From an uncultured Acidimicrobiales bacterium (lineage in GTDB: Bacteria > Actinomycetota > Acidimicrobiia > Acidimicrobiales > UBA10347): a stretch of 64,000 nt of DNA. The stretch is taken from assembly GCA_943788915.1 (NCBI GenBank), contig CALSSD010000013.1:1-64000 (forward strand), written 5' to 3'. Made by a program: the position numbers and the translations under genes. This document shows, piece by piece, positions 62,515-64,000 of this stretch (the first letter of the stretch is position 1; every line of letters starts with the position of its first letter). The notes under the pieces were generated by a model. The model was not told the DNA's origin and did no database searches. It saw only the letters and a list, made by a program, of their open reading frames with translations.

Positions 62515-62923
62515 GGTGGCACACTGTCGGCTACTGGTCGAGGGCCAGGCAACTGGTGTGGCATGCGTGCTCACCGAGCCGTTGAGCCTGTGGGGCGGAT
62601 TCGATCCCGAATCCGGTCTGATTACCGACGTCCATCATCCTGAACATGGGCGCTCGATCACCGGCACGATCGTTGTTATGCGTTCGGGTCGTGGTTCCAG
62701 CTCAGCATCGAGTGTGCTGGCCGAGGCGCTGCGGCTTGGTTCGGCCCCTGCCGCATTCGTGCTGGCAGAACCGGACGAGATACTGGTTCTCGGCGCCCTG
62801 GTCGGCCACGAACTGTATGGCACGACGACCCCGATCGTCGTCGCACCGGCGGAAACACACAGCCAGATCATTGATGGACAACGGATCGGTATACAAGCTG
62901 GCGGCGTGATCGTTCTGCGCTGA
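62504..62923 (+). CDS. Aconitase X swivel subunit (DUF126)
   Basis: PLSLWGGFDP..G, HP..G.SI.G, GRGSSSASSVL. Confidence 0.93.
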   Translation: MVSEVAHCRLLVEGQATGVACVLTEPLSLWGGFDPESGLITDVHHPEHGRSITGTIVVMRSGRGSSSASSVLAEALRLGSAPAAFVLAEPDEILVLGALVGHELYGTTTPIVVAPAETHSQIIDGQRIGIQAGGVIVLR

Positions 62924-62967
62924 CTGCATGAACCACATCTCAAGCCCGTCCGAGCGAATACAGTCAG

Positions 62968-64000
62968 ATGGTGCGACCTGATCTGTACCGACTCGAAACC
63001 CTGAGCCTCCATGCTGGCCAGACAGCCGATCCAACAACCGGGGCTCGAGCCGTCCCGATCTATCAAACGACCTCATACAACTTCGAGTCCGTCGACCAGG
63101 CTGCGGCACTGTTCAATCTCGAAGAACCTGGCCACATCTACAGCCGGATCTCGAACCCAACGGTCGCAGTGCTCGAGGAACGACTTGCCGCCTTAGAGAA
63201 CGGCGCAGCAGCCGTCTGCACAGCGAGTGGTCAAGCAGCGTTGTTCATGGCCATCACCACGTTGATGGACACCGGCGGCCACATCGTTGCCAGCCAGAAC
63301 ATCTATGGCGGCTCGCATAACATGCTGAACGTCACGCTGCCTCGTTTCGGCATCACCACAACCTTTGTGGATCCTCGCAGTCCCGACGCTTTCGCTGCAG
63401 CTATTACTGATGACACCCAGCTCATCCTGGCCGAGATCACCGGCAACCCCGGGCTCGAGGTTCTCAATGTGCCTGTAGTCGCCGACGTAGCCCACTCGCA
63501 CGGCATCCCGCTGATGGTCGATAGCACGTTCACCACGCCCTACCTGATCAACCCGGTCGAACATGGGGCCGACATCATCATGCATTCGGTGACCAAGTTC
63601 CTGGGCGGGCACGGCATCGCCATTGGTGGCGCACTGATCGACGGCGGCCGGCTGGACTGGACGACCACCGACCGCTTCCCCACGCTCACCGAACCCTACG
63701 TCGGCTATCACGGCCTATCTTTTGCCGACGAGTTCGGCCCAACCGCCTTCGCCGCTCGAGCCCGTGCCGAGGGGCTTCGAGACTTCGGTGCATGCATGAG
63801 TCCCACCACTGCGTTTCATCTCCTTCAGGGCGTGGAGACGTTACCGCTGCGTATGCAGCGCCATGTAGAGAACACCCACAAGGTGATCGAAGCGTTGCTG
63901 GACAACGATGCCGTTACCTGGGTCAAACATCCCAGCGTGCCCGACCACCCTGACCATGATCTGGCCAAAGAACTCCTGCCGCGGGGCGCAGGGGCCATTC
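62968..64000 (+). CDS. metY: O-acetylhomoserine aminocarboxypropyltransferase; runs off the right edge
   Basis: Manual translation: LETLSLHAGQ..DPTTGARAVPIYQTTSY...IYSRISNPT...ASGQAA...YGGS...DSTFTTP...HSVTKFLGGHG. Confidence 0.92.
   Translation, partial: MVRPDLYRLETLSLHAGQTADPTTGARAVPIYQTTSYNFESVDQAAALFNLEEPGHIYSRISNPTVAVLEERLAALENGAAAVCTASGQAALFMAITTLMDTGGHIVASQNIYGGSHNMLNVTLPRFGITTTFVDPRSPDAFAAAITDDTQLILAEITGNPGLEVLNVPVVADVAHSHGIPLMVDSTFTTPYLINPVEHGADIIMHSVTKFLGGHGIAIGGALIDGGRLDWTTTDRFPTLTEPYVGYHGLSFADEFGPTAFAARARAEGLRDFGACMSPTTAFHLLQGVETLPLRMQRHVENTHKVIEALLDNDAVTWVKHPSVPDHPDHDLAKELLPRGAGAI

Overview
GC-rich (about 60%) actinobacterial chromosome segment. F420-type LLM/PPOX enzymes and mycothiol-dependent MDMPI proteins point to Actinomycetota, probably Acidimicrobiia (inference). 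It holds about 65 CDS: core genes (ppc, purU, proS, metY, ltaE, add, rbsK, bcp, two ppk2) interleaved with redox, sulfur, arsenic and transport genes. I saw no rRNA, tRNA, CRISPR array or transposase. Main result: two genes that the ORF track splits or truncates at an in-frame TGA look like selenoproteins. In an ArsC-family arsenate reductase, TGA replaces the catalytic Cys (FNPG-U-GHAR). In an AhpD/CMD peroxidase-like protein, it gives a CHY-U motif. Each TGA is followed 17-18 nt later by a stem-loop with a GGUC loop, like the E. coli fdhF SECIS. Other notable items: a symmetric 11-6-11 dif-like site plus direct repeats bounding a one-gene module, a lone tyrosine recombinase, a DosR-like palindrome upstream of several stress genes, a reductive-dehalogenase-like protein lacking a TAT signal and rdhB, a Cys-rich protein/YeeE/YedE operon with a perfect operator-like palindrome, AcnX coupled to proS, several gene remnants, and about 11 single-base frameshifts in 9 genes that look like long-read assembly errors.
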